From Octopus vulgaris (Eukaryota), in assembly GCA_951406725.2 (NCBI GenBank), contig OX597834.1:40734001-40798000 (forward strand): a DNA stretch of 64,000 nucleotides. The letters are read 5' to 3'. Positions 13,013 to 25,749 of this stretch are shown here, in pieces. The notes beneath the pieces are model-generated. The model saw only the letters and a list, made by a program, of their open reading frames with translations, was not told the DNA's origin and ran no database searches. Made by a program: the position numbers and the translations under genes. Each line of letters begins with the position of its first letter. The stretch's first letter is position 1.

Positions 13013-13180
13013 GGCGTAACTTCGGTATAAGTACCGGATGCATTTCAAGAAAGTGGGGTTTTTTTTATATGGGGGGGGGGGGGTAGGGTTTGTGTTAGGG
13101 TGAGGGTTGGGAGAAAAAGGGTTTTTTTATCTTCAGAAATGTAAACAAAGTCACGCGTGTACCTATACCGAAGGATCGCC
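13013..13180. mobile_element. MITE with GG..CC termini and 9-bp TSD
   Basis: TIRs GGCGTAACTTCGGTA / TACCGAAGGATCGCC; TSD TAATAAAGA at 13004-13012 and 13181-13189; internal TTAGGG-like repeats; related copies at 24689-24872 and 30893-31076. Confidence 0.85.
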
Positions 13181-13314
13181 TAATAAAGAAATTGAAATTT
13201 TTGTTGGAACTCCCATTTCATATAGTATTTACGAAGATCTTTCCAGAAATCAATGGGCTGTGGTTGAATGATAAAAGTACACATAGAAACATGTCAACAA
13301 TTAATTCTCATCCC

Positions 13315-13625
13315 CGGGCATTTTGTCATGCGCGTGTTCAACCGGATATTTATCTCAGACTTTCAAAATCCAAGAGACATTTCGCTGCCATTCAAAACCC
13401 GTCCACCCCAAGAAAGACCCTCTTTGTTGTGAGATTTAAAGTTAAATGTTAAAGAAATCCTATTAACATATTATTCTATAACATTTACGCAGTAACACAC
13501 TTCACAACAAACTCTGACTTTTAATATTTACAGGGAATTTGTCTGATATTTGTTTTTTCTTCTCTTCTGTTATTCTTCACTCACAACTTTACTGCTTCAT
13601 TTACGGAAAAAAAGATATAGACGAG
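13315..13625 (+). promoter_or_regulatory. Paralogous ZNF-type promoter and non-coding exon 1, upstream of the Tigger transposase
   Basis: Blocks shared in order with 4115-4500: GCGC(A/G)TGTTCAACCGGAT, TACGCAGTA, CTGATATTTG, GAG|GTA donor (13625/13626), then intronic TCATT(A/C)AATCGTCT. Confidence 0.55.
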
Positions 13626-13839
13626 GTAATATTTCAAATAGTTATTTTCTTCATTCAATCGTCTATTTTCCGTTCATCAATATAATGTTTCTCTTTGTTT
13701 GATCCATCATATATTCGTAGCACCTCCGACTAGACTCATAGAACACCTTCACGTCAGCGAAGATTTTTTTAATTAAATATTAAATTAAAACGGTCAGTGC
13801 TATAATTATTTACAGTAATACTTCGCTTTACGAGTTTTA

Positions 13840-14231
13840 TCTCTCTCTATATAAAGCTGAAGTTGTCTGTGTGTGGCAGGTTTGGTAGCCTTCAACTAAC
13901 ACTATCTCCTCTGAGACCCTGCAGCTCAAGTTGACCAAAATTGAGAGTATGATAGAAGAAGGCTTGCTCTTCCTTCCGTAGAAGAAAAATTCAAATCGGA
14001 CCATGTTAACACCAAAAATTATTTACATCAAAAAGGTGCTTTTTTTTCTATGAAAATCCCTATTTTTTACGATTTTTCGACTGCTGTGTCGCCAGTTTTC
14101 GGTGTATTTCAACCAGAAAAATGTTCACTTAAAGAGAATAACAAGCTACATAATGCAAAATTTTTACTTTTCAAAAATTCTAACTCTAAAGGGTCGAAAC
14201 AAACCCGAGCAACGCCGGGCGATACTGCTAG
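13840..14231 (+). mobile_element. Non-autonomous Helitron nested in the Tigger 5' region
   Basis: 5' TC(TC)nTATATAAAG, 3' hairpin CCCGAGCAACGCCGGG then CTAG; A|T insertion with no TSD, supported by the empty site at 46561-46590. Confidence 0.85.
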
Positions 14232-14481
14232 TTCTATAATTAATATAAAAATGTTAAACAGTCATTATGTGTGTGGCAACATTGGTTCTGACACGTCTAC
14301 ACAGTTGCAGAGAGCGACGGAATAAAATGACAGGATAAAATTTCAATTTTACCAAAATTTAAATGCCTTAGTTGCACGTGCGCTTTGTTGAAAGAGATTG
14401 TAAGCTAATTCTTCGTGCTCTGTATTTTATATTGTGTACGTGTTTTTACTATTTTCGGCATTTTTAAAAAACCCACCCAAT

Positions 14482-14802
14482 ATGTCTAAACGAAAGTGTA
14501 CAACGGACACCGACGGGAACAAAAAGAAACGGAAAGCCATCACTTTAAAAACAAAGTATGAAATTGTAAAAATGCACGATGGTGGTACAACCGTGAAGAA
14601 CATTTGTGACAGGTTTTCACTTAAATCGTCAACTGTCTGCACGATTCTCAAAGAAAAACAAAAATATTTATCTCAGGTGAGAAATGCGCAGCCTTTGCAA
14701 TCGACGTGGTCTCGTAAAAGAGATGCTGGAAGCATTATTCCGGAAATGGAAAGACTTGTAAATGCATGGATAACTGACACGACGCAACGAATGCAGATAT
14801 GA
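14482..14802 (+). CDS. Tigger/CENP-B-like transposase, N-terminal HTH DNA-binding part (frameshifted from the downstream ORF)
   Basis: KKKRKAITLKTKYEIV..SSTVCTILK (CENP-B N-terminal HTH) and EMERLVNAWI (start of the second HTH); stop overlaps the next ATG (ATGA). Confidence 0.7.
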   Translation: MSKRKCTTDTDGNKKKRKAITLKTKYEIVKMHDGGTTVKNICDRFSLKSSTVCTILKEKQKYLSQVRNAQPLQSTWSRKRDAGSIIPEMERLVNAWITDTTQRMQI

Positions 14803-16112
14803 ATGTCAATCAAGCGTCGATCCGCAGCAAAGCTTTGTCCCTTTTCAATCTGCTCAAAGAAATGAAAGGCGACACAACCGAAACTTTTGTTGCGAGCAGA
14901 GGATGGTTTGAGCGATTTAAAAATCGACATGGGTGGCATTCGGTCAGAGTGCAAGGCAAAGCACCAAACGCTGATGTCGATCCAGCAAAAACCTTTACAG
15001 AAACATTGGCAGGAACGATCGAAGAAGGGGGCTACGTGCCACAACTGATTTTTAATGTCAGTGAAACAGGACTTTTCTGGAAACGTCTGCCATCCAAGAG
15101 CTCCATTGTTAAGGAAGAATCTGCACTGCCTGGTTTCAACGTTGCAAAAGATCGACTGACATTATTATTTGGAGGAAATGCATCTGGGGATTTAAAATTA
15201 AAACCAATGCTAGTTTATCGAACGGAAAACCCTAGGGCACTCAAAGGTATCTTAAAAAGTACTCTTCCAGTCTTGTGGAAATCTAATGAAAAAGCTTGGG
15301 TTACGGCAACATTATTTGAAGAATGGTTTTCATACCACTTTGTACCGGAAGTTAAGAAATATTGTGATAAGAACCAACTTCCATTTCATGCAATGTTGAT
15401 TATTAACAATGCACCCAGCCACCCTCCAATTCTGCAACATCTCCATCCTAATGTCAAAGTTGTTTTTTTGCCTCTGGATACATCACTTTTGCAACCAATG
15501 GACCAGGGTGTTATTGCAGGTTTTAAAGCTCATTATTTACGTTATACATTTGCGATGCTGAATGAAGAAACGGTCAAAGAAGGGGGACCTACTGTAATGG
15601 AATTCTGGGAAAGTTACAACATTTATACTGCAGTGAAAATCATAAGAAAAGCATGGGATGATATCACTGAAAAGAATATGAAGAGTGCTTGGAAAAAACT
15701 TTGCCCTCAATTTCTTAATGATTCTGAGGATTTTGAATCACTACAAGAAAGTGTTCAAAAAGAAACAGAAGAAATTGTAAAACTGGCAAATGAATTGAAT
15801 CTCAACGTGTCAGCAAGTGACATAGATGAGCTGCTTCGATCACATAGTAACGAGCTTACTAACGAAGAACTTGTAGCAATGCAAGAGGAGGCAACAGCAG
15901 AAAAGGAAACGGACACTGTTGATGAAACGTCAGTTAATGCGTTCACGTTGCAAGGACTCGCAGAAGCATTTCAGCATTTGGATAAAGCGTTGGACATTTT
16001 TCAAAGACAAGATCCAAATTTTGAACGAAGTGCAAAAGTTTTTACTGCCATAACAAATGCTTCTGCATGTTACCGAGAAATTTATAAAGAGCAAAAAAAT
16101 GCTTCTTCTTAG
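14799..16112 (+). CDS. Tigger/pogo transposase-derived protein (DDE_1 domain, two catalytic Asp substituted), 437 aa
   Basis: FVASRGWFERFKNRHG, FNVSETGLFWK, KDRLTLLFGGNASGD, IINNAPSHP and LQPMDQGVI motifs of the Tigger/TIGD family. Confidence 0.8.
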   Translation: MNVNQASIRSKALSLFNLLKEMKGDTTETFVASRGWFERFKNRHGWHSVRVQGKAPNADVDPAKTFTETLAGTIEEGGYVPQLIFNVSETGLFWKRLPSKSSIVKEESALPGFNVAKDRLTLLFGGNASGDLKLKPMLVYRTENPRALKGILKSTLPVLWKSNEKAWVTATLFEEWFSYHFVPEVKKYCDKNQLPFHAMLIINNAPSHPPILQHLHPNVKVVFLPLDTSLLQPMDQGVIAGFKAHYLRYTFAMLNEETVKEGGPTVMEFWESYNIYTAVKIIRKAWDDITEKNMKSAWKKLCPQFLNDSEDFESLQESVQKETEEIVKLANELNLNVSASDIDELLRSHSNELTNEELVAMQEEATAEKETDTVDETSVNAFTLQGLAEAFQHLDKALDIFQRQDPNFERSAKVFTAITNASACYREIYKEQKNASS

Positions 16113-16881
16113 CAAACAACTCTAGACTTGTTTTCTAAAAAAAGAAATCTACAAGTCTGTCTTTGGGTGCTTGTGAATCAGCGATCGTGTCTGCAAGTGA
16201 TGGTGTGTGTGTGAGTGAAAGTGATTCAGAAAACAATTATATTTTCTAATAAATGATCCAGACATTCTTTTTACTTTCCATTCTGCTGTTGTTTTATTGC
16301 CATTTATTTGCGAGTATTTACTCTTTTACTTGTTTCAGTCATGTGACTGTGGCCATGCTGGAGCACCACCTTTTTAGTTGAGCAAATCGACCCCAGGACT
16401 TATTCTATCGGTCTCTTTTTGCCGAACTGCTAAGTGACGGGGACGTAAACACACCAGCATCGGTTGTCAAGCGATGTTGGGGGGGAGGGGACAAACGCAG
16501 ACACACAAACATATGCACATACATATATATATACGTATATACGACGGGCAACTTTCTTACCTTCCTGTGATTCCACTAAAGTGTTAGTACAGAGTGTAAT
16601 ATGAAATTAAATAATTGACAAAGGAACAGGAAATTATGCAATGAACTTGATGAGCTTACAGCTGCTGCTACTATAAGATGCAGTACATTCAGAGCTGGGT
16701 CCTTCTGCATCCGCTCATAGCTTCCAAAATGAAGTGCAACTTTATTTGGGAAAACATTTACGTATATGGAAAAGAACATCACCGAATTAAATAAAAAATA
16801 TTGTTTTGGTGAACCTGTCTACAATGTTGTTTCAGGCTGTCTGCTGATGCAGATTGTTTTCTATACCCACTACAAGTAGAT

Positions 16882-17240
16882 GTGGAGACGCAATGGCCCA
16901 GTGGTTAGGGCAGCAGACTCGCGGTTTTGATTCCCAGACCGGGCGTTGTGAGTGTTTATTGAGCGAAAACACCTAAAAGCTCCACGAGGCTCTGGCAGGG
17001 GATGGTGGTGATCCCTGCTGTACTCTTTCACCACAACTTTCTCTCACTCTTACTTCCTGTTTCTGTTGTACCTGTATTTCAAGGGGCCGGCCTTGTCACG
17101 CTGAATATCCCCGAGAACTACGTTAAGGGTACACGTGTCTGTGGAGTGCTCAGCCACTTACATGTTAATTTCACGAGCAGGCTGTTCCGTTGATCGGATC
17201 AACTGGAACCCTCATCGTCGTAACCGACGGAGTGCTTCCA
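16882..17240 (+). mobile_element. tRNA-derived SINE, family C
   Basis: TGGCCCAGTGGTTAGG A-box, GATTCCC B-box-like; TSD ACAAGTAGAT; near-identical copies at 36837-37203 and 54445-54814. Confidence 0.85.
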
Positions 17241-18039
17241 CCACAAGTAGATATGCTGCATAATGCATAATTAACAACTACTTTCTGTTTGTGGTTTCTC
17301 AGATAACTCCTAAGGCCTGTCTTACTCAGACAGATGTAAACATAATTTGTTACATGTTAAATTGGGCTGTACGCCAACACATTCAGGTAAATCAACATTA
17401 AGCCCCTAACAAACATTTCTCTTGAGCTTTTCATACTTGATACAATTTTGTTTGGATTCTTTCCTTCCATCATACAGTACTTTCCTTCAAGCTGAACAAT
17501 CTAGAATGTGATTTTCTCATCCATTTCCCAAGATTTTGACCTTCTCCAGTGTATTCTTCATGCAATCTTTATACCTTAATTTCAGTCTGTGGGCTGGTCC
17601 TTATATTTGTCCCCCCCCACCACCACTTAACAACCAGTGTCTGTGTATTTACGTCTTCATAACTTAGTGGTTTGGCAAAAGAGACCAGGAGAATAAATGC
17701 CAAGCTTTAAAAGAAAAAAAAAAATAAGTATCAGTCAAATACTGAGATAAGTTTTATCCAGTCTAAACTTCCGTAAAGTATATAGTTTTGAGCCAATGTG
17801 AGAAATTAATGTTTTCATGCTCTTGAAAAGCCAAAACTATGCAAGTTATAAGAGACGAGCAAAATGTACCCCCGTCCAATGGACGGTGCTGAGTTGTCAA
17901 ACATTTAAACCAAATTTTCTCAGAACAACTTGTCCGACCGGCCCATAGGCCTCCCCTTTGAGAAACACTGATTTAACCTAAATTTGAGACACCAGCAAGA
18001 AGAAATACAGACTGACTTCTTTTTCTATTCCCAAAGAAT

Positions 18040-18211
18040 GCTTTATCGATCGTATTCTCACCTGGAATCGAGTTTTGTAATTTTTTCAAAACTTCTACAT
18101 GCCTTTAGTACCGTCAGTATCTACAAATCAAATTTGAGTGCAATCGGATGGAGGATGCCCGAGATCCTAGAAGACACATACACAGACAGACAATGGATTT
18201 TATATAATAGA
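18040..18211 (-). mobile_element. Helitron-derived fragment (5' end)
   Basis: Reverse strand begins ATCTATTATATAAAAT followed by TGTCTGTCTGTGT, resembling the 5' ends of the other Helitrons here. Confidence 0.4.
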
Positions 18212-18935
18212 TCTGTCAATAGTTTGCACATTTATATTTTGGGGTTGAGACATTGCTCTTCAGGGAAAAGCAGCTAATATATTTTGGACTTGAAGTCCTA
18301 GGGTCAACTGGACTTATTCATTTGGGAGTTAAATATTAGTTATATATTGTGGCTAATACATGCTGCCTACAATTATTTGGCATTTCTGTTACTGAAATAA
18401 AAAAGCAAATTATATCCATCATGGTAGATTGGAGAAAGAAATGTAACAACAGACAAAAATTGCAACAATTCAGTTATATTTTTATTACAGCTTCTTCTAT
18501 GTTGCCATGTTGTTTGTTCAAGATATCTTGAATGAAGAAATATCACAAGTTTATTTATTACAACCAACAAAAGATAAAAAAGGTTTCAGGTTTTTAAATA
18601 TTTTAGGGCTTTGGGAATACAAGTTCCTGAGTTAGTCTGCCTCTCACTTGGCTGTCATCAATTTATTGCCTACGCATGTTCACTGGATGACCATTTTGAT
18701 TGTAATTTAACCCTTTAAAGGCAGCAACCTGACAGAATCATTAGCATGCAAGGTGAAGTGCTTGGCAGTATTTCACCTGTTGCTATGTTCTGAGTTCAAA
18801 TTCTGCCGAGGTCAACTCTGCCTTTCATCCTTTCGGGGGTTAATGAATTAAGCACTAGTGTGAAACACTGGGATCAATGTCCACTCCCCCAAAATTTCGT
18901 GCCTTGTGCCTTTAGTAGAAAGGATTATAACTTAA

Positions 18936-19154
18936 CCCTTTAGCATTCAGATTACTCCACCAAATGTAATTCTTGTTTATTCACATTGTTTTGAATTATT
19001 CATGCATTGTTTTGCAATTCTGAGATTTCAATATGATTGTTTATTTTATTTTTTTTTTTTGAGAATAACATCATAAGTTGTGCATGAGGTCAAATCTGAC
19101 CAGTGTGAACATAAAACAAAGTAGAATACTCGGGCCAGTTTAAATGCTGAAGGG
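18936..19154. mobile_element. TTAA-type (piggyBac-like) MITE, degenerate
   Basis: TTAA|CCCTTTAGCATT ... AATGCTGAAGGG; relatives at about 37330-37396 and 48410-48771. Confidence 0.55.
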
Positions 19155-20040
19155 CCAGTGCACTAAATTAAGTGATTCTGTACTTTATCTTTCAAGCACT
19201 ATATGATAATGTCTGGAGTCAGGTTCTCAGTATCAAATGATGTCAACAAATTACTCAGCATCTAAGTAAGTAAAGAGTTAGTGGACAACAGTTCAGAGAC
19301 ATGTGCAACTTTTATCACACAATGAACAAATTTATGAATTCTGTCAATTCTAGGTGTGTCAACAGCTAAAGGTTTGCTTAGATACCCTACATGTAAAATG
19401 ATAGGGGTAAAGACCTCCTTCGGTGATGAATGACCATGAGATTGCACCTAAAAAGTTCCCCTCCAAGGCACAAGTCTGGGCAAGGTTGTTTATGGAAGAC
19501 CGGCAGTCACCCATGCATAGCAGTCTCCCTCTCCATGCCACTGATGTTATCCAAGGGAAAGGCAAAGGCAGATATAGTTTGGTATCAATGATATCACAAC
19601 TCATTTCTACAGCTGAGTGAACTGGAGCAATGTGGAATAAAGTGTCTTGCTCAAGGACACCCCGACAGCCTTGTCGGGGAATCAATCTCACTGAGCCATG
19701 AGCCTTCACATGTGAAATGACAAAAGAATAATTTACGAACAAATCAGTATTTAAATATGAGATTATTATTTACAGAAAGTGATGATATCAAAATTCTTGT
19801 TATGAAGGAACCATGCGAAATAAAAGAAATGATAAAATTTAATAGATTTTACTCCCAACAGAATCATTCCCTTGATTGTATAAAACATGAAACAAGAATG
19901 TACATTCCAAAATGTTGATAAGCTGTGGAATATATATATATAAATGGATATATATATTATACATGCATATATATATATACATATTCATACAACCCGTGCT
20001 GCACGGAAAACGGACGTTAAACGATGATGATGATGATGAT

Positions 20041-20276
20041 GTATATATATATATACACACATACATATTTATATATATATATATATATATACATACATAT
20101 TCATATATATATTCATATATATATACATACATACATATTCATATATATATTCATATATATATACATACATACATATTCATATATATATTCATATATATAT
20201 ATACATACATACATATTCATATATATATTCATATATATATATACATACATACATATTCATATATATATATATATAC
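20041..20276. repeat. Compound (TA)n/(TACA)n microsatellite with a ~40-bp higher-order unit
   Basis: Repeated ATACATACATACATATTCATATATATATTCATATATAT. Confidence 0.9.
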
Positions 20277-20630
20277 CTCATTAGGATATGATCAAAGATC
20301 TTTCAAGGCTTGTATTAACTCTACATTGATATTATCCTCACACAGATTCCTGAGGATACTTTTCTCAGTTATTTACCCACAATGTCAATCAATCAACAGC
20401 GGTTATTCTCTCTTCTGTAAATATGTCAAATGGAATATACATAAGCATAGTGAAAGAGAGGTTTTGTTAAAAACACGGTGCTATGTTATTTCCCCAACAT
20501 AAATATTGCAGTAGCCATACAAAATGTAGTATTGGAAGGTTATTATCACAGTATTATATCTTCTCTCTGGTGGGAATACAGTTGTATAAGATCTTTCTTT
20601 TATAGAAACTTTTTTTTACATAGGACATGG

Positions 20631-21644
<1,014 letters not shown>

Positions 21645-24195
21645 CTATATTTCTTTTCTTACACCAATCAACAGAATTTTTTTTTCTTCCTCTCGTGTTA
21701 TATTTTAATCCTAAAAAATATTTCTACAATTATACTTTCAACAAGAGTGATTGCTGTTGACAGCTGAAGAAGCTTCAGTTTCCTTTGTAAATTTGTCTGA
21801 GGTTAATTAGAATGAAAACCCGTCTTGTGCAAATGCCAAACAGTTGAAACAGAAATTTCGCTATTAATCTTATTTGAGAAGAAATATTTCACAAAATTTG
21901 ACTGTAGTTATATATAAATATATATATAGCAGTTCTGTAGAATATCTTTTCCTTTAGTTTTCAAGAGATGATAAACACTTTTGATGCATCCGAAGTAAAA
22001 TATTCTTTTACACCAATGTCATCTGATATTCTGAAAAATATAAGATATAGACAATGCTTAATAACAGAAACCAGAAATTCTAGTATAATTGTATATTAAT
22101 AAACTGTAGATATAAACTTTTACCTTAACCCGCCTGAAACCGCTTCTGGCTCTGTAATACAAATGTCTTGTTTTCCTAAGTTTTGAATTAAAATCTTCCA
22201 CCAAACCTTAGTCACAATTTATGTTCCTAACACTAGCTTAATGATAACTAAGTTATTTTACTAAATTCTTTGTTACATTTGAAATTAACTGAAAGAAACA
22301 CAGGGCATCTCATGTATGCCTTGTGTTTAGATTTATAAATAGTGGGATGGTTGAGAGTATAGTAGCATGAGCAATTTTGAGAGAGGACAGATGTATAGAT
22401 TGGTGATGTCAAAGATAAAACTTTTCTTCATTAACACAAACAGTCGCATAGGGAGGCGATGGTTCTGTATGATGTTATTTCTCTTGGTGATGCAGCAGTT
22501 ATTCAGACCATGGGTGTTTTTGGTGTAAGCTTGTGATATTGTTTGGTTTTGAGACTTTTAAGGTTTTGAGTTCCCTATGGAAGGAAGGGGCCAAAATCAT
22601 GATCTATACAAACACACAAATAGGTGCAGTCGCAGTTGAGAAGCTTGCTTACAAACCATCACCAGTTGTCAAGCAGTGTGGAGAACACAAAGTCATACAC
22701 ACAACGGGTTTCTTTCAGTTTCCGTTTACCTAATCCGTTCACAAGACACTAACCCAAGGTACCACACAGTGGGACTGAACCCGGAAGCAAAGTTATTATA
22801 CATATATATCCATTTTAACACGTTTTAGCTCGGACACATTTTTTTGTCTCCTCATCTGGCCTTTTAATAGAAGAGTAGGCTCGAAACGTTAAAGGCGTCT
22901 TCCATTTTCCCGGAGTGTCAAGCTAATACACTGTTTGTTGCTCTTTAACTTTGCATTTTTGGACCATTTCTCTTTCTCTCTCTTCGGTCATGAATGACCA
23001 AGAGGTGGCTCCTAGACAGTTACCATCCGAGGCACAAGACCAGCCTCCCCGTCGATGTTATCCAAGGGAAAAGGCAAAGACCGATACAGCTTGGTGCCAG
23101 TGACATCGCAACTCATTTCTGCTGAACTGGAGCAACGTGAAATAAAGCGTCTTACTCAAGAATACAACACACAGCCCGGTCCGGGAATCAAACTCACTGC
23201 CTCATGATTGTGAGCCAGACGCTCTGACCACAGAGCCATGCACCTTCACACAGACACAATTTTAAAATTATATTATTAATAACAAATTGTGGTAGAAAAA
23301 TCTCAGAAGACATTCTTAAAAATACTGGAGCAGTAACTTAAAAAGATTACAATATTCTGCATATTGCAATGAATAAAAGTAACATATCAGTTTCTCATCT
23401 CAATACCTGGACTTTTATTAACTATTTCGATCACATAGTTATAAACCTTTTGCTTTTAAAACACAAATTTAGAGTATTTTCAGTGAAGCATTGCTTGATG
23501 AAACAATTAAAAAAAAAAAACCAACGTATATTGGACATAAAACGCATTCTAGAAATCCACAAAATACATTTGCCACAAAGGCAAAATGTGGCCGAAGAAT
23601 ATCGATAATGTTTCTCGATTCCCTGAGGAATCAAGTTTCATTATGAAATGTCTGTTTCAAGTGAATATATTTCCAGGGAACTCCTACAATCGCAGATCAT
23701 AATAAGGTTGTATTTAACGATCACTAAAAACTAAGTTACATACATACATGTCTCGTAGAAATATCTAAACTTTACTGAAGTGAAATATATCACAAATGGA
23801 GCAACACAATTGCTTTATATGTTGTAGATCTTAACTGTGTTAAGACACAAGCGAAATATGATAAAAGAAAATGATAATAAAAACAGATTCCCAGTAGAAT
23901 AAGCTTATATATAAATATATATATATACATATGAATGACTTACAGGTCAGAAGAAAGCTTTTCAATGTGTGGCATGTAGAAATTCTGTCTTTAAATTCAC
24001 CAGCAACAAATATTATATTATATCAATTAGTGAAATAATGTAATTGATTTGCTGGAACGGGCAGCTGTGTCTGAGAGAGAGATCTTAGCCTTCTCAGATC
24101 AAATATAGATATATATACTACAAGACTACATTGGATGATGTAGTCGTAGAAACAGTCTGACTCATGTAAAATATGGAATGAATAATAATACTTAC

Positions 24196-24460
24196 CATAT
24201 CAATAACGTAGCAGCGATAGTGGCGGCGGCGGCGGCGGTGGTGGTAGGACGACATAAAATATGAGAGATGACCTCATAAGGTGAAAGGTGAAGTCTTGAG
24301 AGGTCAGGGGAAAACATTCACATAACTTCCGGCGATACAGTTCACTCTTCCCTCTATCGGATAAATAATGAAATATATCAATACAAAGGGGAACAACCTT
24401 CACGATGCGTGTCATGTAAATATCACAAAGTTTGAAACCAGCTTCGGCCACGTGGGATGA
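24196..24460 (-). promoter_or_regulatory. Putative promoter and non-coding exon 1 of ZNF gene 2
   Basis: Minus-strand consensus donor ATG|GTAAGT at 24196/24195; CCG/CCA triplet run; ETS-like CCGGAAGT near 24330; E-box CACGTG near 24450. Confidence 0.5.
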
Positions 24461-25749
24461 GAATTTAAGAGAGGAAACTATTTAATTTTCTATTTCTTTA
24501 CTACCCACAAGGGGCTAAACACAGAAGGGGACAGACAGACAGATTAAGTCGATTTGATCGACCTCAGTGCGCAACTGGTACTTATTTAATCGACCCCCGA
24601 AAGGATGAAAGGCAAAGTCGACCTCAGCTGAATTTGAACTCAGGACCTAAAGACAGACGTAATACTTATTTCTTTACTACCCAGAAGGGGCGATCCTTCG
24701 GTAGAAGTACCGTAAGTGGCTTTGTTTACGTTTCTGAAGATAACTGAAACCCTTTTCTCCCACCTCTAACCCTAACACAAACCCTAATACTACCCCCCCC
24801 CACCATATATGTATATATATATCAAAAAACACTTTCTTGAAATGTATCCGTTACTTATACCGAAGTTACGCCACTATTTAATTTCATTAACCTTTTTTTT
24901 TGCTGCCCTGGGACTTTATTTTATCGATTCCGAAAGAACGAATGAATGCCTCGGCGGGGTTCGAACTTGGAATGGTAAAGAACCGTTAGAAATGCCGCTT
25001 CGCATTCTACCAGCTCGCAATCTTACGCGTGTGGTATAATATCTAATACTGCTTTATTTTTATGAAACGGGTGAGTTGACAAAGATTTGTTGTAAGGCTG
25101 TAAAAAGGTGTATCAATGGCATAATATATTTCCTCATTGTAGCTTTTACGAATGGGATAAAATGTGTTTCGAAATTCATGTTTGTCTATTACTAATGAAA
25201 ACCTTTTTATATACGTTCTTGACCGCCTTGCTTGCATGCAAGGGATGTCATCTTTTTTTCATAATTACTGACCTATTTATTTTTTGACCTCTTACCAACT
25301 TGACCCAAATTAGCATCCAATTTTTTAAGCAATTTCTGAAGAAGGTAGGTATTCCTTCGATATGACTCGACAAAATCAAAATTGGACTCCGGTATTTTCC
25401 GAAATTCCCTACCCCACTCTTCCTAAAACACGCCCCTCCCCAAACATTTGGGATCTACATGATATAACACATATTCGTAGGGAATTTCATTAAAAAAATA
25501 TCCATTTTACTGAAAGTTATGATCATCTAAAGTAGGGGAGTCGATAAAAAAATATTCGATGTAAATTGGATTGATAAATTTATTATTTATTTATGATTGA
25601 CTGTTATATGCAAGATCAAATATATAAGTTGCATTTGTTTCTTTACAGTTAAAGAAGACAAGATTGGTATATTCGGTAAATTTGGACAAGTATACCTGCA
25701 TTCGGTTCACCAAAAGAAAAAAACCCGGATTTTTCACCTGGAAAAGTAT

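Larger units (their letters stand above)
13812..16150 (+). mobile_element. Tigger/pogo-family DNA transposon (left TIR present, right TIR not found)
   Basis: TA|CAGTAATACTTCGCTTTACGAG left end; 5' region homologous to the truncated copy at 46529-46750; CENP-B-like HTH and DDE_1 coding sequence. Confidence 0.8.

Noticed and set aside
13070-13115. Interstitial telomere (TTAGGG-like; also 3249-3271 and 24765-24790)
   Set aside because: Only a few degenerate units; at 13070 and 24765 they lie inside a TIR-bounded MITE, and the 3249 copy is likely a similar element
19839-20502. ORFs of 86-196 aa rich in Y/I/H
   Set aside because: Translations of a (TA)/(TACA) microsatellite
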